Below, piece by piece: positions 43,061 through 52,417 of a DNA stretch of 64,000 nt (position 1 is its first letter; the number at the start of each line of letters is the position of its first letter). Source of the DNA: Candidatus Borrarchaeum weybense (GTDB lineage: Archaea; Asgardarchaeota; Sifarchaeia; Borrarchaeales; Borrarchaeaceae); NCBI GenBank assembly GCA_019057385.1, contig JAHQJS010000004.1, positions 288,001-352,000 on the forward strand, given 5' to 3'. Under the pieces are notes generated by a model. It saw only the letters and a program-made list of their open reading frames with translations, did no database searches and had not been told where the DNA came from. The position numbers and the translations under genes are program-made.

Positions 43061-43231
43061 CCCTTATTGTATTTCCATACGAAATTAGACTATTTTTTTA
43101 TCGAATCTCATTATTCTATAACAGAATTGTGACGGATTCTTTTATGAAAGATAATATTATACCCGTATCTCTCTAGATATTATTGTTCCCGCAAAAAAAA
43201 GTATTATGTCGGAAACAAATCGTTAAGTTAT

Positions 43232-43735
43232 TCAAATCCCAGCTAACTCAAAATATTTATCTTTTATGTAATGTAGATTTTTAATCGCTTTTCCATGAGT
43301 TGTATTTTTAATTTCATCACTGCTCATAAGCGCTATTCCTATTCCAATGGGCTTATTTTTAAATTCCTCATTAACAGTTATTACATCGCCTTCGGCAAAT
43401 TGATCACTTCTCGTTATTCCTGGAGCCATCATATCTGCCCCATTCAAAAACGCTTTGACGGCTCCTTGATCGACATAAACTGCTGGAAGCTCAATTTTCC
43501 TCTCATAAATCGAGAAAAGAGAAGGAATAAATTCGTCGCTAATTTTAAGCAGCTGTAAATTTTCGTCTACAAAGTATGCAGTTTCATTATTAGATATTTG
43601 TATTCTTTCAACTCGACTTTTTTTTGGGAAAAGTGTTGCCCCAAGATCTCCAAATCTCATTAACACCTCGTTTCTCAGTCGTTTAATGTCAGAGGATTTC
43701 ATGAAATGACGTTTCAATTTCAAAGTATCGACCAT
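43232..43735 (-). CDS. PUA-domain RNA-binding protein (DUF1947/MCT-1-like)
   Basis: VDQGAVKAFLNGADMMAPGI, HYIKD. Confidence 0.88.
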   Translation of the reverse strand: MVDTLKLKRHFMKSSDIKRLRNEVLMRFGDLGATLFPKKSRVERIQISNNETAYFVDENLQLLKISDEFIPSLFSIYERKIELPAVYVDQGAVKAFLNGADMMAPGITRSDQFAEGDVITVNEEFKNKPIGIGIALMSSDEIKNTTHGKAIKNLHYIKDKYFELAGI

Positions 43736-43922
43736 TCTTTTGTGTTTTTTATTCCATAGGGCTTATTGGATCAAATTCCTATTACTTCTGAAGTTTAAAA
43801 ATAGATTTAAAGATATCTTGTTTTTGAAATACTGGAATGAACAACCCAAGCAAAAAACAAAACTTTTTAAATATTCTATTACAACTTTTCCCTCCGTTAA
43901 ATTACTGAAGAGGTTGGATATA

Positions 43923-44153
43923 ATGTCAGCTGCAGATAAGCCAATAGAACTCTTACAACGATCTTTAAATGCAATCGTCCTGATAAAACTCAAAGGAGGA
44001 CGTGAAATTCGTGGAAAACTCCGTTCCTATGATCAACATATGAACCTTGTGCTAGAAGAGGCCGAGGAATTTAGGGCCGATGAGATAAAGGCTCTTGGAA
44101 AAATCATCGTTAGAGGCGATAATGTTATACTTATCTCACCACCTCCACGTTAA
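43923..44153 (+). CDS. Sm-like archaeal protein (SmAP/Lsm)
   Basis: GKLRSYDQHMNLVL, IVRGDNV. Confidence 0.95.
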   Translation: MSAADKPIELLQRSLNAIVLIKLKGGREIRGKLRSYDQHMNLVLEEAEEFRADEIKALGKIIVRGDNVILISPPPR

Positions 44154-44200
44154 TTACTATGCTATAAGGCTAAACTAACTTAACTACCAAGGTGAATACA

Positions 44201-44386
44201 ATGGGTAAAGGAACTCCCTCACTTGGAAAGAAAAATAGAAAGGTTCACATAATGTGTAGAAGATGTGGTCGTCGTAGTTATCACGTTCGCAAAAAACAGT
44301 GCGCCGCATGTGGTTTCGGTCGATCGAAAAGAATTAGACGTTATTCATGGACAAATAAGAAGGTAAACAAAGTAAGAGTAGTTTAG
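44201..44386 (+). CDS. rpl37e: 50S ribosomal protein L37e
   Basis: [19 protein letters not shown]. Confidence 0.96.
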   Translation: MGKGTPSLGKKNRKVHIMCRRCGRRSYHVRKKQCAACGFGRSKRIRRYSWTNKKVNKVRVV

Positions 44387-44410
44387 CCTTTATTGTTATG
44401 TCAATTTTGT

Positions 44411-44548
44411 GGGCCGGTAGCTCAGCCTGGAAGATCGCCGCGTTGGCATCGCGGAGGAGCAGAATAGATGTTCTATTCTTCGCCGACCCGAGGGTTCAAA
44501 ATGAATTGGGATGACTTCCAATTCATGAAAATCCCTCCCGGTCCACCA
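44411..44548 (+). tRNA. tRNA-Ala(GGC) with two non-canonical introns (variable region and T-loop)
   Basis: GGGCCGG/CCGGTCC acceptor with G3:U70; CCGCG-TTGGCAT-CGCGG; GAGGG/CCCTC T-stem; encoded CCA; two ~30 nt hairpin inserts. Confidence 0.9.
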
Positions 44549-44583
44549 TTAATAAAAACACCCCTTGTGTAATTAATGTATAC

Positions 44584-44721
44584 GGGCGGGTGGTCTAGTT
44601 GGTTATGACGCCGCGTTGACGTCGCGGAGTATTCATACACTTGATGTATGGACCCGAAAGTCGTGAGTTCAAAGGAAAAAGGAGAGAATCTATCTTTCTG
44701 AAAATCTCACCCCGCCCACCA
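44584..44721 (+). tRNA. tRNA-Val(GAC) with two non-canonical introns (variable region and T-loop)
   Basis: GGGCGGG/CCCGCCC acceptor; CCGCG-TTGACGT-CGCGG; GTGAG/CTCAC T-stem; CCA. Confidence 0.9.
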
Positions 44722-44872
44722 TCTTATCCTAACTGTTTTTGACGAATAATTCAGTAAATAAGAATTATTAATCGTTAGATGAATATAGATCACACTAAAA
44801 TCCACTAGATTTTTAAATAGTCGAAAAACAATAAGGGAAAATGGCAAATAAAATTTTAAGTGGTGATCTTTT

Positions 44873-45319
44873 ATGAAAATTGGCGATCTTGAATTTCCCG
44901 AAGATCTATATTATTATGCAGAACATCATATTTGGTTGAAACAAGAAGAAGAAGAAGATAAAGTTAAAGTTGGTATGGATGCCTTTGGACAGAAGATAGC
45001 AGGTAAGATCCTTTTTGTGAGACTCCGTCCCGCAGGCAAAGCTACAAAAGTTGGAAAAACATTTGGAACACTGGAGACGGGGAAATGGGTAGGACCTTTG
45101 AAGTCACCAGTCGCTGGAACTATCGCCGAAGCTAATCCCGCAGTTAAAGACAATCCTTCCTTAGTTAATGATGATCCTTACGGCGAAGGATGGCTTCTTG
45201 TCGTTGAGCCTTCAGCTTTAGATGCCGATCTTGCAGGTCTCATAAAAGGCTCAGACCAGGACGCGATTACAAAATGGATCGAAGAAGAACAGCAAAAATA
45301 TGCTGACAAATTGGAGTAA
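44873..45319 (+). CDS. gcvH: glycine cleavage H-like lipoyl carrier
   Basis: LETGKW lipoyl lysine, SPVAG, NDDPYGEGW. Confidence 0.9.
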   Translation: MKIGDLEFPEDLYYYAEHHIWLKQEEEEDKVKVGMDAFGQKIAGKILFVRLRPAGKATKVGKTFGTLETGKWVGPLKSPVAGTIAEANPAVKDNPSLVNDDPYGEGWLLVVEPSALDADLAGLIKGSDQDAITKWIEEEQQKYADKLE

Positions 45320-45361
45320 AACGTATTTCTTTATTTCAATTTTCATTTCCACTTTTTTATA

Positions 45362-45814
45362 GTGGTGTTTGTAGTTATGTCACGAATCTATCCATGGAAG
45401 CATTATAGCCTTGTAGGTGTAGTAATCACTATATTTGGGCTTTCTCTAGTAGCTCAACTTCCAACTCTGTATCACGCTAGCCAAATTCTAGCAATTCAAA
45501 GCGCATCTATACTTATTTCAAGTCTTATTGGAGGCGGTCTAGCAGTTACTGGAGCAGCAATTCTGTTCACCGAAGGAATTGCCCGTAGAAGTAACCTTAG
45601 CGAAAGTCAAATACTTTATCCAACGTTAGGTGGATCTTTTATCTCCATCACAATCTATCTAGGAATCTATATGCTTTTTGCAGTGATTCTTTATATTCGC
45701 AAAATCCCGTACCTTTCCTTTGTTGATCCAGTTTTCCAGTTTTTGTTTTTAGTGATTGTTGCAGCTTTTGTGCTTCTACTTAGTGCGGCACTATTTGAAG
45801 AGAGAACCCGCTGA
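45362..45814 (+). CDS. hypothetical membrane protein
   Basis: four hydrophobic segments. Confidence 0.6.
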   Translation: MVFVVMSRIYPWKHYSLVGVVITIFGLSLVAQLPTLYHASQILAIQSASILISSLIGGGLAVTGAAILFTEGIARRSNLSESQILYPTLGGSFISITIYLGIYMLFAVILYIRKIPYLSFVDPVFQFLFLVIVAAFVLLLSAALFEERTR

Positions 45815-45934
45815 GTCAACGATCTAATTTCATTATGATACAGGACTTTGTTAAGAAACTGAGTGTTAGGTGCAAAAATTTATATACGAAGCCAGACTTT
45901 TCTGTCTAAGTCGAAAAAGTAATGGACTAAACAG

Positions 45935-46037
45935 GCGGCTGTAGCTTAGACAGGGAGAATTAAATAATCCTTTAATTACCTATAGCGTCGGACTGAAGAT
46001 CCGATTGTCGCAGGTTCAAATCCTGCCAGCCGCACCA
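45935..46037 (+). tRNA. tRNA-Phe(GAA) with D-arm intron
   Basis: GCGGCTG/CAGCCGC acceptor; TCGGA-CTGAAGA-TCCGA; GCAGG-TTCAAAT-CCTGC; AT-rich hairpin insert in the D arm. Confidence 0.9.
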
Positions 46038-46081
46038 TATTTCTTTTTAAAAATGCTTTGTGATACTTATCGCTTGAAATA

Positions 46082-46480
46082 TTATCCTCCTTGCATTTTT
46101 ACAAATAGTTTTCTATTACGTGGTCCATCGAATTCGCAGAAATATATTCCCTGCCAAACTCCTAGAGCAAGAGCACCATTTTCTATGATTACTGTACGAT
46201 CTGGACTAAAAAGTGATGACTTAATGTGAGCTGGAGAATTGCCTTCACTATGTTTATATGTGGCGTTAAATGGAACGATTTCATTTATGGATTCGATTAT
46301 ATCGCGAATAACATCCGGATCTGCATTTTCATTAATGGTAACGCCTGCCGTTGTATGTGGGACAAAAATAACACAAATGCCTTCTTGAATCCCTGATTTT
46401 CCAACCACTTTCTTGATCTGACTCGTGATATCAATTAGATCAACTTTTTTGTGGGTTTTAATTTCAAGTTTTTCTAACAT
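46082..46480 (-). CDS. YjbQ/UPF0047 family protein
   Basis: HTTAGVTINENADP, HSEGNS, LGVWQGIYFCEFDGPR. Confidence 0.93.
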   Translation of the reverse strand: MLEKLEIKTHKKVDLIDITSQIKKVVGKSGIQEGICVIFVPHTTAGVTINENADPDVIRDIIESINEIVPFNATYKHSEGNSPAHIKSSLFSPDRTVIIENGALALGVWQGIYFCEFDGPRNRKLFVKMQGG

Positions 46481-46534
46481 TTTTTATTCCTCCTTCTCTT
46501 AGAATAAAGTTATAACTAATTAATAAAAGGAGAT

Positions 46535-46671
46535 TGGTGCGGCCGCCGGGAACTCCCAATAGAAACGATATGTTCCTACTTTTTGAACCCGGGTTACTGA
46601 CTTGGAAGGCGTCCTCCGCATTTCCTCTTGAATATACGGCAGAGTCCTAAACCGCGCTAGACTACGGCCGC
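46535..46671 (-). tRNA. tRNA-Gly(TCC) with introns in the anticodon stem and T-loop
   Basis: GCGGCCG/CGGCCGC acceptor; CTG[insert]GC-CTTCCAA-GTCAG; CCGGG/CCCGG T-stem; CCA. Confidence 0.85.
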
Positions 46672-46730
46672 GCATTAATTTATAAAGATATAAAATCCAA
46701 TTCTGTTCCAAGATATATACCGAACTAAAA

Positions 46731-46837
46731 TGGTGCGGCTGCCGGGAATCTCAAAATGGGTTATATACCTCAATTTTTTTGAACCCGGGTCATCGACGTG
46801 GCAGGCCGAAGTCTTAGCCAGGCTGGACTACAGCCGC
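46731..46837 (-). tRNA. tRNA-Gly(GCC) with T-loop intron
   Basis: GCGGCTG/CAGCCGC acceptor; TCGGC-CTGCCAC-GTCGA; insert after TTCAA; CCA. Confidence 0.9.
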
Positions 46838-47040
46838 ACAATGTAAACTATATTCTAAGGAATTGAAACGTTTAACTTTTATTCAATTCAATTCCTATAT
46901 AGAGAAAAAGCTGTTTAAAAATGTTATGACAAACTGAAAATGCGATTTCTACTCATAACACATTTCTAGCAAACGGTATTTTGAAAAAAGAACTACTTAA
47001 TTTAGCAAAATCATTCGAGATCAACGCATAATGATTCAAT

Positions 47041-47745
47041 CTAAAAATCATTATTAAAGTCTATTTTTGATGATATTTCGTAAGAATAGAGTACTCTTGA
47101 TATAGCAACATGAGCATCCAGTGATATTTTACTTATAGAAACTACTTCATCTGCAATCTCCAATGTTTTCTTTTCAAATTGACCATGTGGGAATCCACCT
47201 ACAATAATTGCCAGTGGTTTGATTTCAACTGCCTTTTTCATTAAATTGTTTAATTCAACCTCTTTGCCTGTTTTAGAGAATAAAATTGTATGTTTTGGCT
47301 TTATTTCATCATGAAGTTCTTTTAAAGTCATTTCATGAATAGTAAGTAAACTGGATCCTTTTGGAGGTACTTTCCCCATCATGAACAATTGACTCATTAA
47401 CCCCGAAAAGCGGACATAATTACGTGGGAGTCTTACATTGGGATCTACCTGGATAACAAGATCATTCAAAGTATGTATGAAGATTTTTATGTATCCTGAT
47501 TTACATAGCGGTGTGCCTAAAATTGATAGAAGTGAGATATGTACTATATCAGGGCGTCCTCTTTTCTCATATGCTTTTGGATTATCTATAAAAAACGAGT
47601 GAATAGATTTGTCAAAAACAATGGTTTCTGGGGATTTTTTCTGTTTTTTAGCATATCTTCGAAATTTTGCCAGATTTCTAAATTCGACGGGGATTGATTC
47701 CAGTGCGGATTCTGCTAAAATGAAGTATAAAATAGAGTCTTTCAT
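47041..47745 (-). CDS. nep1: rRNA small subunit methyltransferase Nep1/EMG1
   Basis: RGRPDIVH, RLPRNY.RF.GL, GGFPHG. Confidence 0.93.
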   Translation of the reverse strand: MKDSILYFILAESALESIPVEFRNLAKFRRYAKKQKKSPETIVFDKSIHSFFIDNPKAYEKRGRPDIVHISLLSILGTPLCKSGYIKIFIHTLNDLVIQVDPNVRLPRNYVRFSGLMSQLFMMGKVPPKGSSLLTIHEMTLKELHDEIKPKHTILFSKTGKEVELNNLMKKAVEIKPLAIIVGGFPHGQFEKKTLEIADEVVSISKISLDAHVAISRVLYSYEISSKIDFNNDF

Positions 47746-47879
47746 TTTTTCTCCTTTAATAATGAAATATCTTTTAAATACAACTGGTTTTCGGTCTTCA
47801 TTGAAGCTTGACTACAAAAGGGAATAATTTTATAGATTTTCGTTCATATCACTTTTATCAAAGTTTTTGTGAGATCGTC

Positions 47880-48215
47880 ATGAAACGTCGTAGAAGAATA
47901 AATACTCGCTCCATAAAGAAAATTGCACGTGAAAGGATCGAACATCTTCTTGAATTAGCTAAGGCAGTATTTAGTACAGATAGTAATCTGGCACAAAGAT
48001 ATGTACAACTTGCCTTACGGATTGGTATGCGACATAAGGTCCGAATTCCACGATCTCAACGTTGGCAAATTTGTAAACATTGTCATTCATTATTAATTCC
48101 GGGTGTGACCTGTCACTCAAGATTACGTAACAAACGTGAACCACACATAGTTATAACATGCTATAAATGCAAAAATTACAGTAGATATCCCTATAAAGTG
48201 AAAAAACAACGTTAG
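47880..48215 (+). CDS. rnp4: RNase P protein component 4 (Rpp21)
   Basis: IARERIEHL, CKHC...C..C, RYPY. Confidence 0.92.
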   Translation: MKRRRRINTRSIKKIARERIEHLLELAKAVFSTDSNLAQRYVQLALRIGMRHKVRIPRSQRWQICKHCHSLLIPGVTCHSRLRNKREPHIVITCYKCKNYSRYPYKVKKQR

Positions 48216-48275
48216 TACTGCTTTCTCATGTAAAATTGAATCATTATTATGGGAGAAATATTTTAAACACTAGTA

Positions 48276-48998
48276 ATGGTATTAGGCTTCAATTACTCGA
48301 ATTATCCAGAGGGCTTTGATTTGAAGATTACAATTCTTATTCCTGCTTATAATGAAGCACATTCGATCAAAGAAGTAATTCGAAGAATAAAAGCCCTCAA
48401 TCTTGGTTATAAGTACGAAATTCTTGTTGTAGATGATGGATCAACTGATGAAACATCAGAAATCGTCAAAAAAATGAATAATGTAAGACTAATTACGCAT
48501 AAAATGAATAAAGGTAAAGGTACAGCATTAAAAACTGGTTTTAACGCCGCAAATGGGGATATAGTTGTTATCCAAGATGCAGATATGGAGTATTTACCGA
48601 AAGATATCCCGAGTTTAATTAAACCTTTGATTGAAGGTAAAGCCGATGTAGTTTATGGATCAAGATTCAAAGGAAAACTTTATGGTATGACTTTTTCTCA
48701 TGCTTTAGGCAACTTAGGACTGACTTTGGCAACATCTTTACTTTTTGGTACAAGGGTAACAGATATGATGACTGGATATAAGGTTTTTCGAAAATATGTA
48801 CTTGAAAACATCAATATACAGGCAGAACGATTTGAGGTTGAACCTGACATTACAGGAAGAATATTATTGAATAGATATCGATTAGTCGAATTGCCTATCG
48901 AATATCATAAACGGAAAAAAGGAAAAGCAAAAATCAGTAAACTTGATGGTGTACGGTCCCTGATTTGGTTGTTAAAAATTCGCTTTAGGCGTCATTGA
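48276..48998 (+). CDS. GT2 glycosyltransferase (DPM1-like)
   Basis: IPAYNE, VDDGSTD, QDADMEY, GSRF. Confidence 0.92.
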   Translation: MVLGFNYSNYPEGFDLKITILIPAYNEAHSIKEVIRRIKALNLGYKYEILVVDDGSTDETSEIVKKMNNVRLITHKMNKGKGTALKTGFNAANGDIVVIQDADMEYLPKDIPSLIKPLIEGKADVVYGSRFKGKLYGMTFSHALGNLGLTLATSLLFGTRVTDMMTGYKVFRKYVLENINIQAERFEVEPDITGRILLNRYRLVELPIEYHKRKKGKAKISKLDGVRSLIWLLKIRFRRH

Positions 48999-49018
48999 AT
49001 TAGATTGCATTGAGTTAA

Positions 49019-49945
49019 TCAAAGAAGCAATGTTAGAATTGCCTTTTGTGCATGTAATCTGTTTTCCGCTTGATCCCACACAACTGAATTAGGTCCATCA
49101 ATCACCTCGTCAGTAATTTCTTGACCGCGATGTGCTGGAAGGCAATGCATTACAATGACATTTATTAGTGCATTGTTTAGTAATTCTTGATTTACTTGAA
49201 ATGGTGGAAAAACTTCCATTCTTTCCTCTGCTTCAGCCTCTTGCCCCATTGAAATAAAGGTATCAGTATAGACAACATCTGCATCAAGAACTGCGTCTTG
49301 AGGATCGTGAACTATCTGAACTTCAGAATCAAATATTCTTGCGTTGTCTTTTGCTAAATCAATAACATCTTCTAATGGTTCATAGTTTTCCGGACAGCCC
49401 ACTGATATATTGATGCCTAGTTTTGAGCATCCTATAAGTAAAGAATTACAGACATTATTTCCATCTCCAACATAGCTTATCTTCAAATTCTCAAAATTTT
49501 TCCTCTTCTCCTTAATAGTCAAAAGGTCAGCCAATATTTGACAGGGATGGAATAAATCACTTAGACCGTTTATAACTGGGACTTGTGAGAAATCTGCAAG
49601 ATCTAATAAGTCTTCATGTGAGTAAACACGTGCCATAATTCCATCTACATATCGGGCTAGTGTACGCGCAGTATCAGGGATAGTTTCTCCTCTACCAAGT
49701 TGCAAATCTTTTGCGCCTAAAAATAGGGCATAACCTCCCAATTGGCGCATAGCCACTTCAAAGGATACACGAGTTCTAGTACTTGATTTTTCAAAAATCA
49801 TAGCTAATGTTTTTCCATTTAGTATCTCAGACGACTCTCCACGAAGATACATCTTCTTAAGATCGCTCGCAATATCCAACATATAATGAATTTCTTCAAA
49901 TGAAAAATCTTGCAATGTAAAGAAATCCTGTCCTCGAATATCCAT
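49019..49945 (-). CDS. argF: ornithine carbamoyltransferase
   Basis: STRTR, HPCQ, HCLP. Confidence 0.96.
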   Translation of the reverse strand: MDIRGQDFFTLQDFSFEEIHYMLDIASDLKKMYLRGESSEILNGKTLAMIFEKSSTRTRVSFEVAMRQLGGYALFLGAKDLQLGRGETIPDTARTLARYVDGIMARVYSHEDLLDLADFSQVPVINGLSDLFHPCQILADLLTIKEKRKNFENLKISYVGDGNNVCNSLLIGCSKLGINISVGCPENYEPLEDVIDLAKDNARIFDSEVQIVHDPQDAVLDADVVYTDTFISMGQEAEAEERMEVFPPFQVNQELLNNALINVIVMHCLPAHRGQEITDEVIDGPNSVVWDQAENRLHAQKAILTLLL

Positions 49946-50010
49946 AAGGTCCTCCTCCTTTTTCTAAATAGGAGTTAACTAACTTAATTTAAGATCTAAT
50001 AATAATTATA

Positions 50011-50940
50011 TTATATAGCACTTTCTGGTACGATCTTTTCAGCAAACTTTTTAGGATAAAATGCATCTAGATCTTTGTATTCTTGACCGATTCCAATAAA
50101 TACAATGGGCTTTTTCGTAACATGAGCAATAGAAATAGCAGCCCCTCCTTTTGCATCAGCATCAACTTTAGTCAGTATTGAAGCATCAATACCTACAGCC
50201 TCATTGAATTCGCGAGCTTGTTCGACGGCATCATTACCAGCAAGACTGTCTCCTACAAAGACTGTAATCACATTCGCGTCTTCGATTCGTTTAAGAACAC
50301 GAACGATCTTTTCCATCTCTCCCATAAGGTTCTTATTGGTTTGCATTCTCCCAGCAGTATCAATTAGAACAATATCTATGTTTTTTGCAATTGCATGACT
50401 AACAGCATCAAAGGCAACAGCAGCAGAATCCGAGCCATATTTGTGTTTGATTACTTTAACTCCAAGTTTGTTTGCATGAATTTCTATTTGCTCTATGCTT
50501 CCTGCACGGAAAGTATCCGATGCTGCAAGGACTACAGAAAAACCCTTTTTTTGGAATAGACTAGTAAGCTTGGCTAAAGTTGTTGTTTTTCCTGTACCAT
50601 TAACTCCTAAAAATACAATCGCTAAAGGTTGCCCCTGTTCTTTGCCTTTTTTTGCTAACTCAAAAAGATCTATACCCTCTACTTTAAGGATTTCTAGAAT
50701 TGTATTTCTTAAGGCACTATAGACGAATTTCTTTGTGCTCTTAAGACGACCTACCTTCTCACCAGTCAACTGTTGTTTCATAAGTTCTCCAATTTCAGCT
50801 GCCACGGAAAATGCAACGTCGTTTTGTATTAATATTATTTTCAAAGATTCAAGAACATCCTCTAACTGGTCTTCACTCAATGTCTTCGATGATATTTTTT
50901 CTGTAAAACCCTGAAGACCACTTCTTAGTTTTTCAAACAT
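50011..50940 (-). CDS. ftsY: SRP receptor FtsY; first ~38 codons apparently supplied by the integrated element
   Basis: GVNGTGKTT, DTFRAG, DTAGR, TKVD; start at MFEKL by homology with the fragment at 61407. Confidence 0.95.
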   Translation of the reverse strand: MFEKLRSGLQGFTEKISSKTLSEDQLEDVLESLKIILIQNDVAFSVAAEIGELMKQQLTGEKVGRLKSTKKFVYSALRNTILEILKVEGIDLFELAKKGKEQGQPLAIVFLGVNGTGKTTTLAKLTSLFQKKGFSVVLAASDTFRAGSIEQIEIHANKLGVKVIKHKYGSDSAAVAFDAVSHAIAKNIDIVLIDTAGRMQTNKNLMGEMEKIVRVLKRIEDANVITVFVGDSLAGNDAVEQAREFNEAVGIDASILTKVDADAKGGAAISIAHVTKKPIVFIGIGQEYKDLDAFYPKKFAEKIVPESAI

Positions 50941-51309
50941 AGATGTTTTCTCTCCGAGCATATGAAGCATTAAGGATTGATTGATTGCTTGACGCAAGTT
51001 TGTGACATATCAATCAGGTTTTTTAATATACGTTTTGATTCCGAATTTGAAAACTCAATTTTATCGAATAATTATTCAAAGAACATTTTAACACGCATTC
51101 ATCTCTTGTTGAATTATAAAAGATGTTATATCTGATGAGGATGTCTTACCTATTTTATAGTATTCTTGAGCAATAGTATGAATATATGTCGAATAGCTTT
51201 CTTTTATAAAAAATGTGAAAAATGCCCTTTTTCTCTTATATCAGATAATAATTAAGAATAACGAAAGGAGTGAGATGATCAGCACAAAACCGATCATCTC
51301 CTTTTGGAT

Positions 51310-51475
51310 GATTTCAGCTGCGACAGAAAGCGCGACATCGTTTTCGTGGGTATGACATTTTTCGTCCCTTGCGAGTCATCCGTCCCCTTCGATGAGGCGT
51401 CGGACCTCTCAGGTTCAGTCTCATGCACAAGAACGTGTCCCTCATGTTTTATGAGGAACATACCGCCTTGCAACT
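51310..51475 (-). ncRNA. putative guide RNA 1: structured scaffold (51346-~51475) plus 3' guide matching ftsY (51310-51345)
   Basis: Scaffold repeated at 52452-~52585; TATA box TTTATATAGG at 51496-51505; guide is 28/36 identical to 50791-50826. Confidence 0.75.
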
Positions 51476-51541
51476 CATATATTCGCTTACAAAGACCTAT
51501 ATAAACACCACTCTTCATAACAAGGACTCCCAGTTCCATAC

Positions 51542-52354
51542 TTACATGTCCTCTTTCAGGTCATCAAGATAAAGGTTGACCATTAATAAGAGATGGTTTT
51601 TCAAAGAAGAAAAACCATAGGTTAGTGCTTCGTTGATTTTATCAAGGTCATTGCATTTTCGAATAAAGGTATAAAGTGCAAAAGGAGAGTATTGGCGCAG
51701 TTCTATCTCTCTTTTTAACGCGTTGAAATCTATCTCTTCTGATTCTGCTACATGATAACGTGAAAATGCAGTCCATCTAAATTTTCGAGAAATCATTGCA
51801 GACCATCTATCATAATTTTGTAGTAAAGAAAGCAGAGGAAAGTCTTTTTCATCTATAGTATAATTATGATGGTTCTTTGCGAGCTGATAGACTTCGTCAT
51901 TAATTATATCAACATCAGTATAAATTTTGCTTGGATGTCGATCAGTGCTTACAAAATCATGCAGGAGCATTGCTATAATTAACTTTTCCTGCACATCTGA
52001 GAGTTTTGGAAGTTTCTTACGTATGTTAATCTTTCTCGAAATATAGAGGGGTTTTTTCTTGAATTCACTCACAGAAGTCCAAAAGATTTGTCCCACCCCC
52101 TCACATGTATAACTCCCGACACTATCAATAGCTAGTGCTTTTTCAAGTTTATGTTCTGGAACGATGAACTCAACATTACCAAACCATGCCCTAAAGGTCA
52201 TTGGAGCACGTCTTTGTCCTACCGTTAATTTTCCGAATACCCTGGGACGACCATTTATAGTCATCGCACCAACATCGGTAACTCCAAAATGTCTACGCCT
52301 TGAAACGATAGGAGTTTTTGTATAACCAATCAATTTAAAGTATTTTTGTGACAT
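51542..52354 (-). CDS. reduced Cas5-like RAMP fused to HD domain
   Basis: N-terminal strand + TP, Gly-rich VGSYTCEGVGQI loop; then LLHD, HH and D residues of an HD hydrolase. Confidence 0.65.
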   Translation of the reverse strand: MSQKYFKLIGYTKTPIVSRRRHFGVTDVGAMTINGRPRVFGKLTVGQRRAPMTFRAWFGNVEFIVPEHKLEKALAIDSVGSYTCEGVGQIFWTSVSEFKKKPLYISRKINIRKKLPKLSDVQEKLIIAMLLHDFVSTDRHPSKIYTDVDIINDEVYQLAKNHHNYTIDEKDFPLLSLLQNYDRWSAMISRKFRWTAFSRYHVAESEEIDFNALKREIELRQYSPFALYTFIRKCNDLDKINEALTYGFSSLKNHLLLMVNLYLDDLKEDM

Positions 52355-52417
52355 TTATTCCCCTCATTTGAGGTTTTACCTCCTCTTTAAACAAAAGAGA
52401 GGAGATATAAACCTTGC

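Noticed and set aside
46005-46711. ORFs 46005-46229 and 46520-46711
   Set aside because: They overlap tRNA genes or the antisense strand of yjbQ.
50941-50997. N-terminal extension of FtsY in the ORF track
   Set aside because: Homology with the native fragment and a GGAG SD place the start at 50940.
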